Numbered from the stretch's first letter, positions 15,540-25,557 are shown. The stretch: DNA of 32,000 nt from Vibrio alginolyticus NBRC 15630 = ATCC 17749 (GCF_000354175.2 NC_022359.1:420001-452000), one strand, 5' to 3'. The notes: generated by a model from the sequence alone, not told the origin. Program-made: numbers and translations.

Positions 15540-16601
15540 ATGGTTGATCAAATCCTTTTTTATGAGCCCGATGAGCCCCACGGTTTTCTCTCAAATTTTT
15601 GCCATGCCCCAGTCAATATCTCCTCCCAAACTTGGCCCACCAGCGAACATTATTACCAAGCCCAAAAGTTTCTCGATGCTCAGTTGCAAAGTAAAATTCA
15701 GCACGCAAGCACCCCTGATGAAGCGTTTGCTTTAAGCCGTAAATACGAACACTTTGTCAGAAGCGATTGGGACGATATAAAGTTGGCTGTTATGGCTTTC
15801 ATCGTTAGGGAAAAGTTTCTACAAAATCCACCATTAGCGCAGCAATTAATGAGAACGGGTAACGCTTGCCTAACAGAGCATTCTCATAAAGATGCCTTTT
15901 GGGGAGACGGGGGAGATGGTAAAGGAGAAAATCATCTAGGAGAGATTCTGATGAATGTTCGAGCAGAGCTGAGACATGTTGAGCCTTACAATCTCGTGAA
16001 GTTTATCGATAAAGCCAAATTGCCCACCCAGTGGGGCACATTTATGATGTACGGCTTTATTGAAGCCGCGACAAATAAAGAGCATCTTGCTCTGGTCTAT
16101 GGCGAGCCAACAAAAAGTGCAGCACCACTTATTCGGTTGCATTCGGAGTGTCTTACCGGAGATGCTCTATTTAGCACGCGTTGTGACTGTGGTTTTCAGC
16201 TTAATAGAGCGCTACAAAACATCGTCAAAGAGGGATGTGGCGTGCTGCTTTATTTACGTCAAGAAGGGCGTGGAATCGGCTTGATTAATAAAATTCGTGC
16301 CTATCACTTACAAGATGATGGCGCAGATACCGTGGAAGCAAATGAGCGTTTAGGTTTTGCCGCTGATATGCGTGATTACGCGTTCTGTAAAGGAATGCTA
16401 GAGCATTTGGGGATTGACGCTGTGCGTCTAATGACGAATAACCCACGCAAGCTCGCCGCCTTAAAAGCGGTTGATATTAACGTCATTGAACGAGTGCCAT
16501 TACAAGAAGGGAATAACCCAAGTAATCAACATTACCTGCAAACCAAGGCGAGTAAATTGGGGCACATGTTTGATCCTAAGTTTGTTAACCACACTAAGTA
16601 A
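15540..16601 (+). CDS. ribA: fusion protein: NADAR/YbiA-type N-glycosidase domain plus GTP cyclohydrolase II (RibA)
   Basis: The ATG at 15540 has an AAGGAG RBS 7 nt upstream, while the track start at 15495 has none. The N-terminal half carries YbiA/DUF1768 motifs ([27 protein letters not shown]). The C-terminal half is RibA ([35 protein letters not shown]). Confidence 0.85.
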   Translation: MVDQILFYEPDEPHGFLSNFCHAPVNISSQTWPTSEHYYQAQKFLDAQLQSKIQHASTPDEAFALSRKYEHFVRSDWDDIKLAVMAFIVREKFLQNPPLAQQLMRTGNACLTEHSHKDAFWGDGGDGKGENHLGEILMNVRAELRHVEPYNLVKFIDKAKLPTQWGTFMMYGFIEAATNKEHLALVYGEPTKSAAPLIRLHSECLTGDALFSTRCDCGFQLNRALQNIVKEGCGVLLYLRQEGRGIGLINKIRAYHLQDDGADTVEANERLGFAADMRDYAFCKGMLEHLGIDAVRLMTNNPRKLAALKAVDINVIERVPLQEGNNPSNQHYLQTKASKLGHMFDPKFVNHTK

Positions 16602-16623
16602 GTTCTACAGATTTCTCAGAAAC

Positions 16624-16656
16624 AAAAACGCCAACGTATCATCGTTGGCGTTTTTG
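16624..16656. terminator. bidirectional Rho-independent terminator between convergent genes
   Basis: ACGCCAACG (16628-16636) pairs with CGTTGGCGT (16643-16651). Flanked by an A-run on the left and a T-run on the right. Confidence 0.85.
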
Positions 16657-16669
16657 TTAATGAGTTGAT

Positions 16670-17425
16670 TCATTGATACTTTTGAATGATTTCATCAATT
16701 TCCCCTGAGGTTTTTAATTCAACGAGTCGTGTATTGATGTAATTTTGAGTTTCTGGTTGCATTTGAGGTGAAAAAGCCAGGTAGATTGAGTAGTCAGGAA
16801 TAACCGAGCTGAAAGGCTGTATCTGAAAATTCTCTAACGGCAAATTGAGTCGCTTTAAGTTGTAAAGGACTCGGGATTCCATCTCGACAAAAGCTGTATC
16901 TCCAGGGGTTCGGCTTATCACTCGGTATGCGGCGTTGTAGTCTTTCACACGCATTTCATTGACACTGCCATTTTCAAAGAACGGTGTTAAATTTGGATAA
17001 TCAAACCCTAGCAGTAATACAATAGAACGACCATGCATGGTATCCATGTTTTTGAATTCTAAAGGCTTCTCGCTACTCGACACCAGTACATGTTTTACAG
17101 TGTAAATGGGCTCCTCAGATAAATTTTCCGACTGCACCTTGCCCCAGTTCGGGCTGCCATAAGTTAACCAGTTTGGCTCAGCGCCTTCTTCCAATATGGA
17201 AATCATACGTTTAAATGGATAAGTATGATAATTCACTTGGTAATCCGACTCCGCGAAGATAGCGCTGACGATATCGGTCACAATTCCGGAGTGCATTTGT
17301 CCCTGTTGTTCAATTTGAAATGGTCGAGCTTGTTCAGCAATGACGTAATAGTTCACTTGATTTGCGGTCACATGAGAACTTACAACAATTAAGCTAAAAG
17401 CCAATCTAAGTAGAAGTCTTTTCAT
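16670..17425 (-). CDS. periplasmic solute-binding protein (family-3 / amino-acid-binding-like)
   Basis: The ATG at 17425 (MKRLLLRLAFSLIVVSSHVTANQ..., a signal peptide) has a GAGGA RBS. The upstream extension of the track ORF is unlikely to be real. Size and pattern fit SBP_bac_3-like proteins. Divergent from the hybrid kinase gene. Confidence 0.65.
   Translation of the reverse strand: MKRLLLRLAFSLIVVSSHVTANQVNYYVIAEQARPFQIEQQGQMHSGIVTDIVSAIFAESDYQVNYHTYPFKRMISILEEGAEPNWLTYGSPNWGKVQSENLSEEPIYTVKHVLVSSSEKPLEFKNMDTMHGRSIVLLLGFDYPNLTPFFENGSVNEMRVKDYNAAYRVISRTPGDTAFVEMESRVLYNLKRLNLPLENFQIQPFSSVIPDYSIYLAFSPQMQPETQNYINTRLVELKTSGEIDEIIQKYQ
17094..17106. promoter_or_regulatory. parS2: parS2 site inside the solute-binding-protein CDS
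   Basis: Exact TTTACAGTGTAAA. Confidence 0.8.
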
Positions 17426-17493
17426 CGTATCCTCGATTATTATTTGTGCGTAGCTATATTTAGAGTAGCGCAAGTTTATCGGAGCGGTTTCAT

Positions 17494-19392
17494 ATGGATG
17501 AAAAAGAGCGATCTCAACGTCGTTTTAGTATCGGCAACCAACTTATGTTGGCGGTATTAACGTTGAGTTTAATCTTTACGGTCATCATTTCTACAGTGAG
17601 CTTATATCGAGTTTTTCACGAAGATTTAGCCCATTTAGATGTTGAATTAAAGCAGGTTGAGTCTAGCTATTTATCGAGCTTTTCTGCGAGTTTGTGGGTA
17701 GAGGATAGGGAGCTGTTGTTGACACAAGCTCAAGGTGCAATGCGTATGCCCTCGGTGGACTACTTACGTATTGCTAGTGAAGACGAAGTTATCATTGAAT
17801 TAGGTTCGGCGCTTTCTGAGGATGTTGTCGAGAGAAGCTGGCCGATGCAGTATCGGGTCGGCGATAAAACGTATGATCTCGCGATATTAACGGTTCAATC
17901 GGATCTTAGCGCGATATATGAAGATCTTTGGCAGCAGTTCTTTTTTCTACTTACGACAGAAGCGATCAAAATTCTTGTCCTCATCATTGGTGTTCTTTGG
18001 GTGGCGTTTCGCTTGTTGGTCAATCCGTTACAATTGCTGTCTGGTGCGGTGAGCGATTTTCGTGGCGGTACAGTGCCGAGTAAAGTGACTCTCCCTAAAC
18101 GATGGTGCTTTGATGAAGTGAGTGTTTTGGCAGAGAAATACAACCGAAGTGTTGAGAAAGTGAAAGAGCACCAGACTGAGTTAGAGGCTGAACGCGATAG
18201 GGCAGAAGTCGCTAATCGTAAAAAAAGTGAGTTTCTCGCCACTATGAGTCATGAGATCCGCACACCGATGAATGGCATTATTGGTGTGTCGTCGTTGCTC
18301 AATGACACCGACCTCGATCCCCAGCAAAAAGAGTTTGTAGAGATCATTGACAGTTCTTCTCACTCACTAATGACGATCATCGACGACATTTTGGACTTCT
18401 CTAAAGTTGAAGCTGGCAAAGTAGAGCTAGAATACACGAGCTATGATCTTCGCGAGCTACTTGACGATGTCATCAGTTTACATAGTGTCAAAGCCAAGCA
18501 GAAAAACTTACAGCTGCTCAGCGATATTGATCCTCACTTGCCAACGGAAGTGCAAGGTGATGCCACACGATTGAAACAAGTTCTGAACAATTTGTTGAGC
18601 AACGCGATTAAATTTACCGAGCGCGGCCATGTGAAGCTTCTTGTAGCGTTATCTCGACTTGATGGAGAGACCGCTCTTATCCGGTTTCGAGTTGTGGATT
18701 CTGGGATTGGTATTGCGAAAGAGCACCAACAAGCAATCTTCGAACGCTTCCAACAAGCTGATGGTAGTACCACCAGAAAGTATGGTGGGACAGGGCTTGG
18801 TTTGGCGATAGCTGCACAGTTGGTTAACTTGATGGGAGGGGAAATACAACTAACAAGTGAGCTTGGGCTGGGAAGCTGTTTTGAATTTTCGATTCCTGTT
18901 GCTGTAATAAATGCGCAATCGACCTATACCGACCAACTTAATGTATTAGATTTCCCGAAAGCGGAAGACAACGAAATCAGCCCTCAAGATAACGATAAAC
19001 CTTGGGTATTGGTTGTTGAAGATACCATCGTCAATCAGAAGGTAGTTCGCATCATGTTAGAAAAACTGGGTGTGCGAGTGAGTGTCGCCAACCATGGCGA
19101 AGAAGCATTGCAGCTGTGTGATCAGCAGCCTTTCGATTTGATTTTTATGGACTGCCAAATGCCTGTGATGGATGGGTTTATTGCTACGGAGCGAATTCGA
19201 AAAATGGGAGAGTGGGGGAAACACGTTCCAATTATTGCGCTAAGTGCCAATGTCATTAAAGAGGATCAGCGACATTGCTTCGATGTTGGGATGAACGAGT
19301 TCGTGGCTAAACCCGTTACCAAGAATCGATTACAACAAATATTCGAACAGCATTTACCAAAAGCACTGAAAATCAGCGCGGTGCCAAAATAG
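17494..19392 (+). CDS. hybrid sensor histidine kinase / response regulator (two TM helices, periplasmic loop, HAMP, HisKA, HATPase, REC; no HPt)
   Basis: 632 aa. H-box [13 protein letters not shown] boxes ([25 protein letters not shown]), and a receiver domain ([11 protein letters not shown]...[14 protein letters not shown]...ALSAN). Confidence 0.9.
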   Translation: MDEKERSQRRFSIGNQLMLAVLTLSLIFTVIISTVSLYRVFHEDLAHLDVELKQVESSYLSSFSASLWVEDRELLLTQAQGAMRMPSVDYLRIASEDEVIIELGSALSEDVVERSWPMQYRVGDKTYDLAILTVQSDLSAIYEDLWQQFFFLLTTEAIKILVLIIGVLWVAFRLLVNPLQLLSGAVSDFRGGTVPSKVTLPKRWCFDEVSVLAEKYNRSVEKVKEHQTELEAERDRAEVANRKKSEFLATMSHEIRTPMNGIIGVSSLLNDTDLDPQQKEFVEIIDSSSHSLMTIIDDILDFSKVEAGKVELEYTSYDLRELLDDVISLHSVKAKQKNLQLLSDIDPHLPTEVQGDATRLKQVLNNLLSNAIKFTERGHVKLLVALSRLDGETALIRFRVVDSGIGIAKEHQQAIFERFQQADGSTTRKYGGTGLGLAIAAQLVNLMGGEIQLTSELGLGSCFEFSIPVAVINAQSTYTDQLNVLDFPKAEDNEISPQDNDKPWVLVVEDTIVNQKVVRIMLEKLGVRVSVANHGEEALQLCDQQPFDLIFMDCQMPVMDGFIATERIRKMGEWGKHVPIIALSANVIKEDQRHCFDVGMNEFVAKPVTKNRLQQIFEQHLPKALKISAVPK

Positions 19393-19492
19393 TTAACTTG
19401 AAATCGATCAAGTTAAGTGCGTTTCTATTCTGTAATTGTAACTCTGTGTGATATAGTGCCCGGCTAGTATTTAAAGTACCTTGAGGCTGTGA

Positions 19493-19701
19493 ATGTCGTT
19501 TAATCTATCCCTATTGCCGCCTGACGAAAAAACAAAATCGAACTGGATAAGCAGGCGTCGTTTTTGGTTTGGAAGCTCAGAGAGGCCAAATCTGGTCCTG
19601 AAGCAATAGAAGAACAGTTGTCCAAGATTAACGATGCTGATGAAAAGGCGTTTTTCCAGCAATCGGTCGAAAAGTACAAACGAGTAATGGGTGTCGCTTA
19701 A
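19493..19701 (+). pseudogene. small conserved-looking ORF (about 69 aa) interrupted by a 1-nt frameshift in an A6 tract
   Basis: GAGG RBS 6 nt before the ATG at 19493. Frame A reads MSFNLSLLPPDEK and then nonsense to a TAG at 19607. The -1 frame reads (R)KNKIELDKQASFLVWKLREAKSGPEAIEEQLSKINDADEKAFFQQSVEKYKRVMGVA* ending at 19701. The two frames join at AAAAAA (19527-19532). A terminator follows. Confidence 0.5.
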
Positions 19702-19765
19702 CGCGAACCGTGGCAATGGTTCAATCCAATGCGACGAATGAGGTAACCTCCCTATTCCTTTGCTA

Positions 19766-19792
19766 AGCGAAATTGAAAAGGTTTCGCTTTTT
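19766..19792 (+). terminator. Rho-independent terminator after the small frameshifted ORF
   Basis: AGCGAAA (19766-19772) pairs with TTTCGCT (19782-19788), followed by TTTTT. Confidence 0.65.
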
Positions 19793-19836
19793 GCTAAAAT
19801 CCTTCGCATTAAATTTGAATTTAGAGAGACATCCCG

Positions 19837-20553
19837 ATGGGAAGAAGTTTTGAAGTGCGCAAAGCCTCTATGGCGAAAACTGCAGGCGCGAAAATTAAAG
19901 TTTATTCCAAATACGGTAAAGAAATTTACATGTGCGCGAAAAACGGTGGTGGTGATCCAGACATGAACTTGTCTTTGAAACACCTGATCGCAAAAGCGAA
20001 AAAAGACCAAGTTCCTGCGCACGTTATCGATAAAGCGATCGACAAAGCGAACGGTGGCGGTGGTGAAGACTACACTCCAGCACGTTACGAAGGCTTCGGC
20101 CCTGGCGGTACTAGCGTTATCGTTGACTGTCTAACAGACAACGGCAACCGTACTTTCCAAGATGTACGCCAATGCTTTGTGAAAGTCGGTGCGAAAATTG
20201 GTGTTGAGGGCTCGGTTTCTCACATGTTCGATCACCAAGCGGTATTCCAGTTCAAAGGCGACGATGATGAAATCATCCTAGAAACGCTAATGATGGAAGA
20301 CGTAGACGTTACTGACGTTGAGCTAGAAGACGGTGTTATCACTGTATTCGCACCTCACACAGAATTCTTCAAAACAAAAACTGCGCTTAACGGTGCATTC
20401 CCAGATCTAACGATCGATGTTGAAGAAATCACATTCGTTCCGCAAACTCATACGCCTGTATCGGGTGAAGATGCTGAGAAATTCCAGAAATTCCTAGATC
20501 TTCTAGATGACTGTGATGATGTTCAGCAGGTTTACCACAACGCAGAGCTGTAA
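19837..20553 (+). CDS. YebC/PmpR-family DNA-binding transcriptional regulator (YeeN-like subgroup)
   Basis: 238 aa. The [15 protein letters not shown]... start, the [12 protein letters not shown] motif and the overall length are typical of the YebC family. Confidence 0.9.
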   Translation: MGRSFEVRKASMAKTAGAKIKVYSKYGKEIYMCAKNGGGDPDMNLSLKHLIAKAKKDQVPAHVIDKAIDKANGGGGEDYTPARYEGFGPGGTSVIVDCLTDNGNRTFQDVRQCFVKVGAKIGVEGSVSHMFDHQAVFQFKGDDDEIILETLMMEDVDVTDVELEDGVITVFAPHTEFFKTKTALNGAFPDLTIDVEEITFVPQTHTPVSGEDAEKFQKFLDLLDDCDDVQQVYHNAEL

Positions 20554-20574
20554 TTAATTCGCTCATATCGTTGT

Positions 20575-20603
20575 AAAAAGGCTTCCTTAGGGAAGCCTTT
20601 TTT
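20575..20603. terminator. bidirectional Rho-independent terminator
   Basis: AAAAA, then GGCTTCC (20580-20586), TTAG loop, GGAAGCC (20591-20597), then TTTTTT. Lies between the convergent yebC-like and SEDS genes. Confidence 0.85.
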
Positions 20604-20625
20604 GATCGCTTTTTCTCAAGCAACG

Positions 20626-21708
20626 CTATGCGTTACGATATTTGGAATAACACAGCGACATGATTACACCAAAACAGATACCTTGAGTTAGCATCGCCGT
20701 GCCGCCATAGCTAAAGAAGGGAAGTGGGCTACCCATTACTGGCAACAAGCCACTCACCATGCCCGTATTGATAAAAGCATACAGAAAAAAGCTCATCGCT
20801 AATGCGCCACTTACCAGCCGACTAAAAAAGTGGTCAGACTGACATGCAAGCAACATAACGCGTGCAGTAATAAACAAGTACAATGCGAGTAAGACTAAAC
20901 TGCCAACAAAGCCCCATTCTTCCGCATAGGTCGAAAAAATAAAGTCCGTATGACTTTCTGGAATAAAGCCAAGTGTTCCCTGCGTTGCATTCATCCAACC
21001 TTTGCCTTTCATACCGCCTGAGCCAATCGCAATCAAAGATTGGATGATTTGGTAGCCCGAACCCAGTGGATCGGACTCAGGGTGCAAGAACTGTGTTACA
21101 CGGCTCTTTTGATAGGTTTCCATAACGAAGAACCATAAAATAGGTGCTAACGTTAAAATGCTCGCAATAAACCCGCATATTATTTTCCAGCTCATGCCAG
21201 CCAAAAACAAAACGAACAATGCATAAATGACGGTAAAAACTGCACCGTCTAAATCCGGTTGTAGCGCGATTAACCCGGCAGGAATCATTGTAATAAGTAA
21301 GCAAAACGCAATTTTCCGACTGTCTGGTCGACCTCCTTCAATATGCAGCATCCAGGCGATCATGATTGGAATGGAAAGTTTGATTAGCTCAGACGGTTGA
21401 AAGCGGAAGAAGCCGATATCGAGCCAACGTTGAGAGCCATTGGTGCTATCACCAAATAAAGCGACAGCAAGTAGCAGAGCAACCGCAATAATGTAGAGAT
21501 ATGGAGCTGAGCGCTGATAGCTGGACGCTGGAATCGAGGACATGACCAAGATACAAACTAATGTCAGTCCGCAGCGCGCCAAATGTTTGAAGAGCATCGC
21601 CTCATTAAAGCTACTGGCACTCCAGAGAGTGAGCGAACTTAACAGCATGATCGGAATGATCGCCATTAGCAGTGGCAAATCAACTCTTGGGAAATAACGC
21701 TTATTCAT
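20626..21708 (-). CDS. SEDS-family protein (FtsW/RodA/SpoVE peptidoglycan polymerase paralogue)
   Basis: Likely start is the ATG at 21708 (MNKRYFPRVDLPLLMAIIPIM...), giving 360 aa. Contains about 10 TM segments and conserved SEDS motifs (RWLDIGFFRFQPSELIKL, PESHTDFIFS, GLLPVMGSPLPFFSYGGT). Confidence 0.85.
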   Translation of the reverse strand: MNKRYFPRVDLPLLMAIIPIMLLSSLTLWSASSFNEAMLFKHLARCGLTLVCILVMSSIPASSYQRSAPYLYIIAVALLLAVALFGDSTNGSQRWLDIGFFRFQPSELIKLSIPIMIAWMLHIEGGRPDSRKIAFCLLITMIPAGLIALQPDLDGAVFTVIYALFVLFLAGMSWKIICGFIASILTLAPILWFFVMETYQKSRVTQFLHPESDPLGSGYQIIQSLIAIGSGGMKGKGWMNATQGTLGFIPESHTDFIFSTYAEEWGFVGSLVLLALYLFITARVMLLACQSDHFFSRLVSGALAMSFFLYAFINTGMVSGLLPVMGSPLPFFSYGGTAMLTQGICFGVIMSLCYSKYRNA

Positions 21709-22101
21709 TTTCAACGACCTAATAACGCACCTATTTTGAGTGCGAAAACAACTAAAACTCGAAGAGTTCAAACTATTCCGATGCTAAGAATCTCGATTTC
21801 GAAACAACAGACACCATGCAAAGGTGTGTAAGAAAGGAGAGTGCGACACTGTCTGTTATGGGTAGCTGTGGGATGGATAAATACACTAGCCTCAGATTTT
21901 AAGCCAGTGCTTTTATTGTGACTGCCGTAAAAATGTAGAGTTACGAATGAGCGGAATTGTATTTTCTGTTTAAGTGAATGTCATTCATCCTCTCTCAATA
22001 CCATTCACTCTGCATAACTGCCATTGGTCGCATGCAAAAGCAGCGTGCGATCTTCTCCCTTAATCTGAAACCATCAAATCACGTTCAACTAAGGACAGTA
22101 C

Positions 22102-22770
22102 ATGATGGTTTCTCAATCTCGCTCAATCAAAGCTCTTAAACTGGCAAGTACGTTTATCGCCGCATTTGCACTTAGCAGCAATCTGGCTCTGGCTAACCCA
22201 AGCGAGCGCACACTCAGTCAATTCAACCAAGCAGCACAGGGTGACTCTGGCTTAGTTGATACTGTTTATGGCGAACTATCCAAACAACTCGAAGAGCAGG
22301 GCGCAACGCCGGTGACCTTGGTTTACTTGGGCAGTGCGGAGACGTTGCAAGGTCGTGAGGCGTTTATGCCTTGGAACAAGATGAAGTTCACCGAGCGCGG
22401 TCTTGCCACAATCCAAAAAGGCTTGGATTTAATGGCGAATCAGCCAGTACCACTGCAAGAGCAACAACGCTTACAAGGCTTGCCGGAATACCAGCTAGCT
22501 ACCGCCATGGCAGCTACTACGTTTACCTCTCTGCCTGACATGTTCAATCACTTTGAGCGTGGCTACGAGCTGTACCTTTCTCTGCTCGATGAACCGAGTT
22601 TTAGCCAACAACCTTTCGCGGCAACGTCTTGGATTTATCGCTACGCCATTGAAGCTGCATTGCGTGCTGAAGATGTTCAACAAGCCAAAATATGGTTAGC
22701 GCAAATGGAGCAGTTAGGTGATAGCAATCTAGAAACGCAAACCGCGAAAGCGTTGCTAGCCAAGTATTAG
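22102..22770 (+). CDS. secreted (signal-peptide) helical protein of unknown function, first gene of the envelope cluster
   Basis: 222 aa. AAGGA RBS, signal peptide ending ...LALA-NP, and a helical repeat-like C-terminal part. I recognise no family. Confidence 0.55.
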   Translation: MMVSQSRSIKALKLASTFIAAFALSSNLALANPSERTLSQFNQAAQGDSGLVDTVYGELSKQLEEQGATPVTLVYLGSAETLQGREAFMPWNKMKFTERGLATIQKGLDLMANQPVPLQEQQRLQGLPEYQLATAMAATTFTSLPDMFNHFERGYELYLSLLDEPSFSQQPFAATSWIYRYAIEAALRAEDVQQAKIWLAQMEQLGDSNLETQTAKALLAKY

Positions 22771-22779
22771 GGAGGCGTC

Positions 22780-23478
22780 ATGATCGTTTTTAATCAACTT
22801 AGCCGCGATTACGCCCTTGGTAGCCAAACCGTGCGTGCATTGCGAGACGTGTCTGGTGAAGTGTTTGCCGGCGAAATGGTGGCATTATGCGGGCCGTCTG
22901 GCTCAGGCAAAAGCACCTTACTTAATGTGCTTGGCATGCTGGATACTCAATACCAAGGTCAGGTGACATTTGCAGGCAGCCCATACCCAACCGGACAAAT
23001 GCAGGCGGCGAAAATGCGCCGTGAAAAGCTTGGCTTTGTGTTCCAAAAATTCAATCTTGTGCCTGTGATGACAGCGTTGGAGAACGTGGCGTATCCGCTG
23101 CATCTCAACGGTTTTTCAAAAGCGGAACAAACCGAGCTCGCCACACAAATGCTAGAGCACGTTGGCTTGGGCGAGTTTATTCATCATATGCCCGATAACT
23201 TGTCGGGCGGTCAGCAGCAGCGTGTGGCAATTGCACGCGCCTTAGTGCACAAACCAGCACTGGTGATTGCTGATGAGCCAACCGCAAGTCTTGATAGCCA
23301 AACTGCCAACAAGGTCATCGACATTATGAAAGGGCTCGGACACGAGCTAGGCACCACTTTTATTGTCGCCACACACGACCCTCGTATGGCATCCCGTTGT
23401 GACCGCACCATTGAGTTGGTGGATGGCAAAATCACCCAAACGCACGCAAGTGTGGAGGAGGTTTCATGGGCAAGCTAA
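22780..23478 (+). CDS. ABC transporter ATP-binding protein (LolD/MacB-type)
   Basis: 232 aa. Walker A GPSGSGKST, Q-loop, signature LSGGQQQRVAIARAL, Walker B VIADEPTASLD. GGAGG RBS. Confidence 0.9.
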   Translation: MIVFNQLSRDYALGSQTVRALRDVSGEVFAGEMVALCGPSGSGKSTLLNVLGMLDTQYQGQVTFAGSPYPTGQMQAAKMRREKLGFVFQKFNLVPVMTALENVAYPLHLNGFSKAEQTELATQMLEHVGLGEFIHHMPDNLSGGQQQRVAIARALVHKPALVIADEPTASLDSQTANKVIDIMKGLGHELGTTFIVATHDPRMASRCDRTIELVDGKITQTHASVEEVSWAS

Positions 23479-24734
23479 TTCCAGTTTCCGTTCGCCTTGC
23501 TTGGTTGAACCTGCAACGCAATCGCCGTCGCAGTTTGTTGTCGATGCTGATCATTGCCATTGCCGTGTTTGCGTTAACCAGTGCGGGCGGTTTTGGTCTA
23601 TACACCTACGACAGTTTGAAAGAGTCGACAGCGCGTGACACGGGGCATCTGACGTTAACCACGCCGGGTTATTTCGCTAAAGAAGAAGAGATGCCGCTGA
23701 GTAACGGGTTAACTCATGCCGACGACATCACCAAGCAATTGATTGGGTTGAATGAAGTGCGAGGCGTGCAGCCACGAGTTGAGTTCAGCGGTTTGATTTC
23801 CAACGGCAACAAGTCATCGATCTTTATCGGCATTGGTGTTAACGAGCGCGAATTCGATATGAAAGGACCGTTTTTGGATGTGCGCGAAGGGCAGACGTTG
23901 TCCAACATTCATGCATCGCGTTATGACTCAACAGAGCCAGAAGTGATGCTTGGCGTTGATTTGGCGAACAACCTAAGCGTGCACGTTGGCGATTGGATTA
24001 CCTTGCTGGCGACCACAACCGACGGTGCATTGAATGCGTATGACTTCAAAGTTCGTGGCATCTATTCAACCGGCGTGCCTGAGCTTGATAAACGCCAGTT
24101 GTACGTGCACATCAACAGCGCGCAATCGCTGCTCGGTTCAGACAAAGTCAGTGCGTTATCTGTCTTCCTATTCGATACCAGTTTAACTAACCAAGTCGAG
24201 CAACAAGTGGCTTCGGTTTTGAGTAAGCAAAAGCAGAACTTTGGTGACCAAGATATTGAGATTACGCCTTGGCAAGAACGTGCGTTCTTCTACCTCAAAG
24301 TGAAAGATTTGTACGACCGTATCTTCGGCATCATGGGCGCAGTAATGGCGTTGGTGGTCTTTGTTGCGCTGTTCAACACCATGACCATGTCGGTCACCGA
24401 GCGTACACGTGAAATCGGCACCTTGTCAGCACTTGGTAGCTACCCTCGCGAAATCATTGCTGGGTTCTTGCGCGAAGCAGGGTTGCTTGCGGTTATTGGC
24501 AGCTTAATTGGCGCTTTGTTTACTGGGTTAGTTACCGTCTTACTGATGGTCGTGGATGTGCAAATGCCGCCACCGCCAGGACGCACAGAAGGTTACCCAT
24601 TAACGATTTACTTCTCTTGGGAGCTAGTAGCTATAGCAGGATTTGCAGTATTGATGATTTGTTTGGTTGCGGCGTTTTTCTCGGCACGCAAAGGGGTGAA
24701 CAAGCCAATTACGGAGGCACTGATTTATGTTTAA
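23466..24734 (+). CDS. ABC transporter permease, FtsX/MacB-type (4 TM with a large periplasmic domain)
   Basis: 422 aa. One N-terminal TM, a periplasmic domain of about 240 aa, and a C-terminal FtsX-like 3-TM bundle. Overlaps the ATPase gene by 13 nt. Confidence 0.85.
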   Translation: MGKLIPVSVRLAWLNLQRNRRRSLLSMLIIAIAVFALTSAGGFGLYTYDSLKESTARDTGHLTLTTPGYFAKEEEMPLSNGLTHADDITKQLIGLNEVRGVQPRVEFSGLISNGNKSSIFIGIGVNEREFDMKGPFLDVREGQTLSNIHASRYDSTEPEVMLGVDLANNLSVHVGDWITLLATTTDGALNAYDFKVRGIYSTGVPELDKRQLYVHINSAQSLLGSDKVSALSVFLFDTSLTNQVEQQVASVLSKQKQNFGDQDIEITPWQERAFFYLKVKDLYDRIFGIMGAVMALVVFVALFNTMTMSVTERTREIGTLSALGSYPREIIAGFLREAGLLAVIGSLIGALFTGLVTVLLMVVDVQMPPPPGRTEGYPLTIYFSWELVAIAGFAVLMICLVAAFFSARKGVNKPITEALIYV

Positions 24735-25512
24735 TTTCAAATCACTATTACCAATTGCATTGCTGACGGTAACTGGCGTTGCAAGCATGAATGTCAGTGC
24801 GAATGAAACAGCACTAGATGCACAGCAAGTTGCGCAATTGATTGAAAAAGCCGACAGCTACCGCTTGCAAGATGATTCCTCCAAAGTGGTGTCACTGGTG
24901 CGCTTATATCAAGACCAAGAGTTAGATAAAACCCGTCTTTACCACGTGTACACGCGTCCAAATCGTGAATCGCTGGTGGTGTTCAAATCGGCGGTTGAAG
25001 CAGGGCAAAAGATGCTGATGATGGGCGACAACTACTGGCTGCAAATGCCAAAGAGCCGCCGTCCGATTCGCATTACGCCAATGCAGAAGCTGCTTGGTGA
25101 AGCGTCTATCGGCGACATCTCAACCCTGACGTGGAGTCAAGATTATCAAGGTGAATGGAAAGCGACAGAAACCGTTTCGGTGAACGGAGAGAGTGTTGCG
25201 GCTTATCACCTTGCCTTAACCGCGAAAACCAAAGGGGCAAGCTATCAGAAGATCGATTTGTGGTTGTCTGAGCAAGATGCGTTTCCAATTAAAGCTGATC
25301 TTTACTTGCGCTCTGGCAAACTCGCCAAGCAAGCGCAATACGGACGTGCAAGCGATAACGGTGAAGACTACGTCAGTGAGATGACCTTGCTTGATAGCAT
25401 TCAGCCGAGCAAAAAGACCGTTATCGAGTATCAAGAAATCGTGCCTTGGCAGCTGGATAACAAGTTCTACAACCCAAGTTATTTGCCAAAAGCTAACACG
25501 ACTCAGCTTTAG
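24727..25512 (+). CDS. LolA-like outer-membrane lipoprotein-sorting family protein (periplasmic)
   Basis: 261 aa with a signal peptide. The pattern (RLYHVYTRPN..SLVVF.....G.KMLMMGDNYWLQMPKSRRPIRI) is typical of the LolA_like family. Overlaps the permease gene by 8 nt. Confidence 0.7.
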   Translation: MFNFKSLLPIALLTVTGVASMNVSANETALDAQQVAQLIEKADSYRLQDDSSKVVSLVRLYQDQELDKTRLYHVYTRPNRESLVVFKSAVEAGQKMLMMGDNYWLQMPKSRRPIRITPMQKLLGEASIGDISTLTWSQDYQGEWKATETVSVNGESVAAYHLALTAKTKGASYQKIDLWLSEQDAFPIKADLYLRSGKLAKQAQYGRASDNGEDYVSEMTLLDSIQPSKKTVIEYQEIVPWQLDNKFYNPSYLPKANTTQL

Positions 25513-25557
25513 TCTGAGCTTCGTAAATAGAACCATAAAAACGAGCAAGGAAGTCAC

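Noticed and set aside
19471-20022. 183-aa minus-strand ORF spanning the HK-yebC intergenic region and the 5' end of yebC
   Set aside because: It is antisense to a clearly genuine YebC gene and to the small plus-strand ORF. Its composition is odd (F/R/N-rich), it has no RBS and it shows no recognisable motifs, so it is a shadow ORF.
21974-22007. CATTCA direct repeats 20 bp apart (21982 and 22002) and a GTGAATG/CATTCAC inverted repeat in the promoter of the envelope cluster, considered as a LytTR binding site
   Set aside because: The 6-bp repeats are too short to be significant without comparative or experimental support. Recorded only as a place to look if the LytTR regulator is studied.
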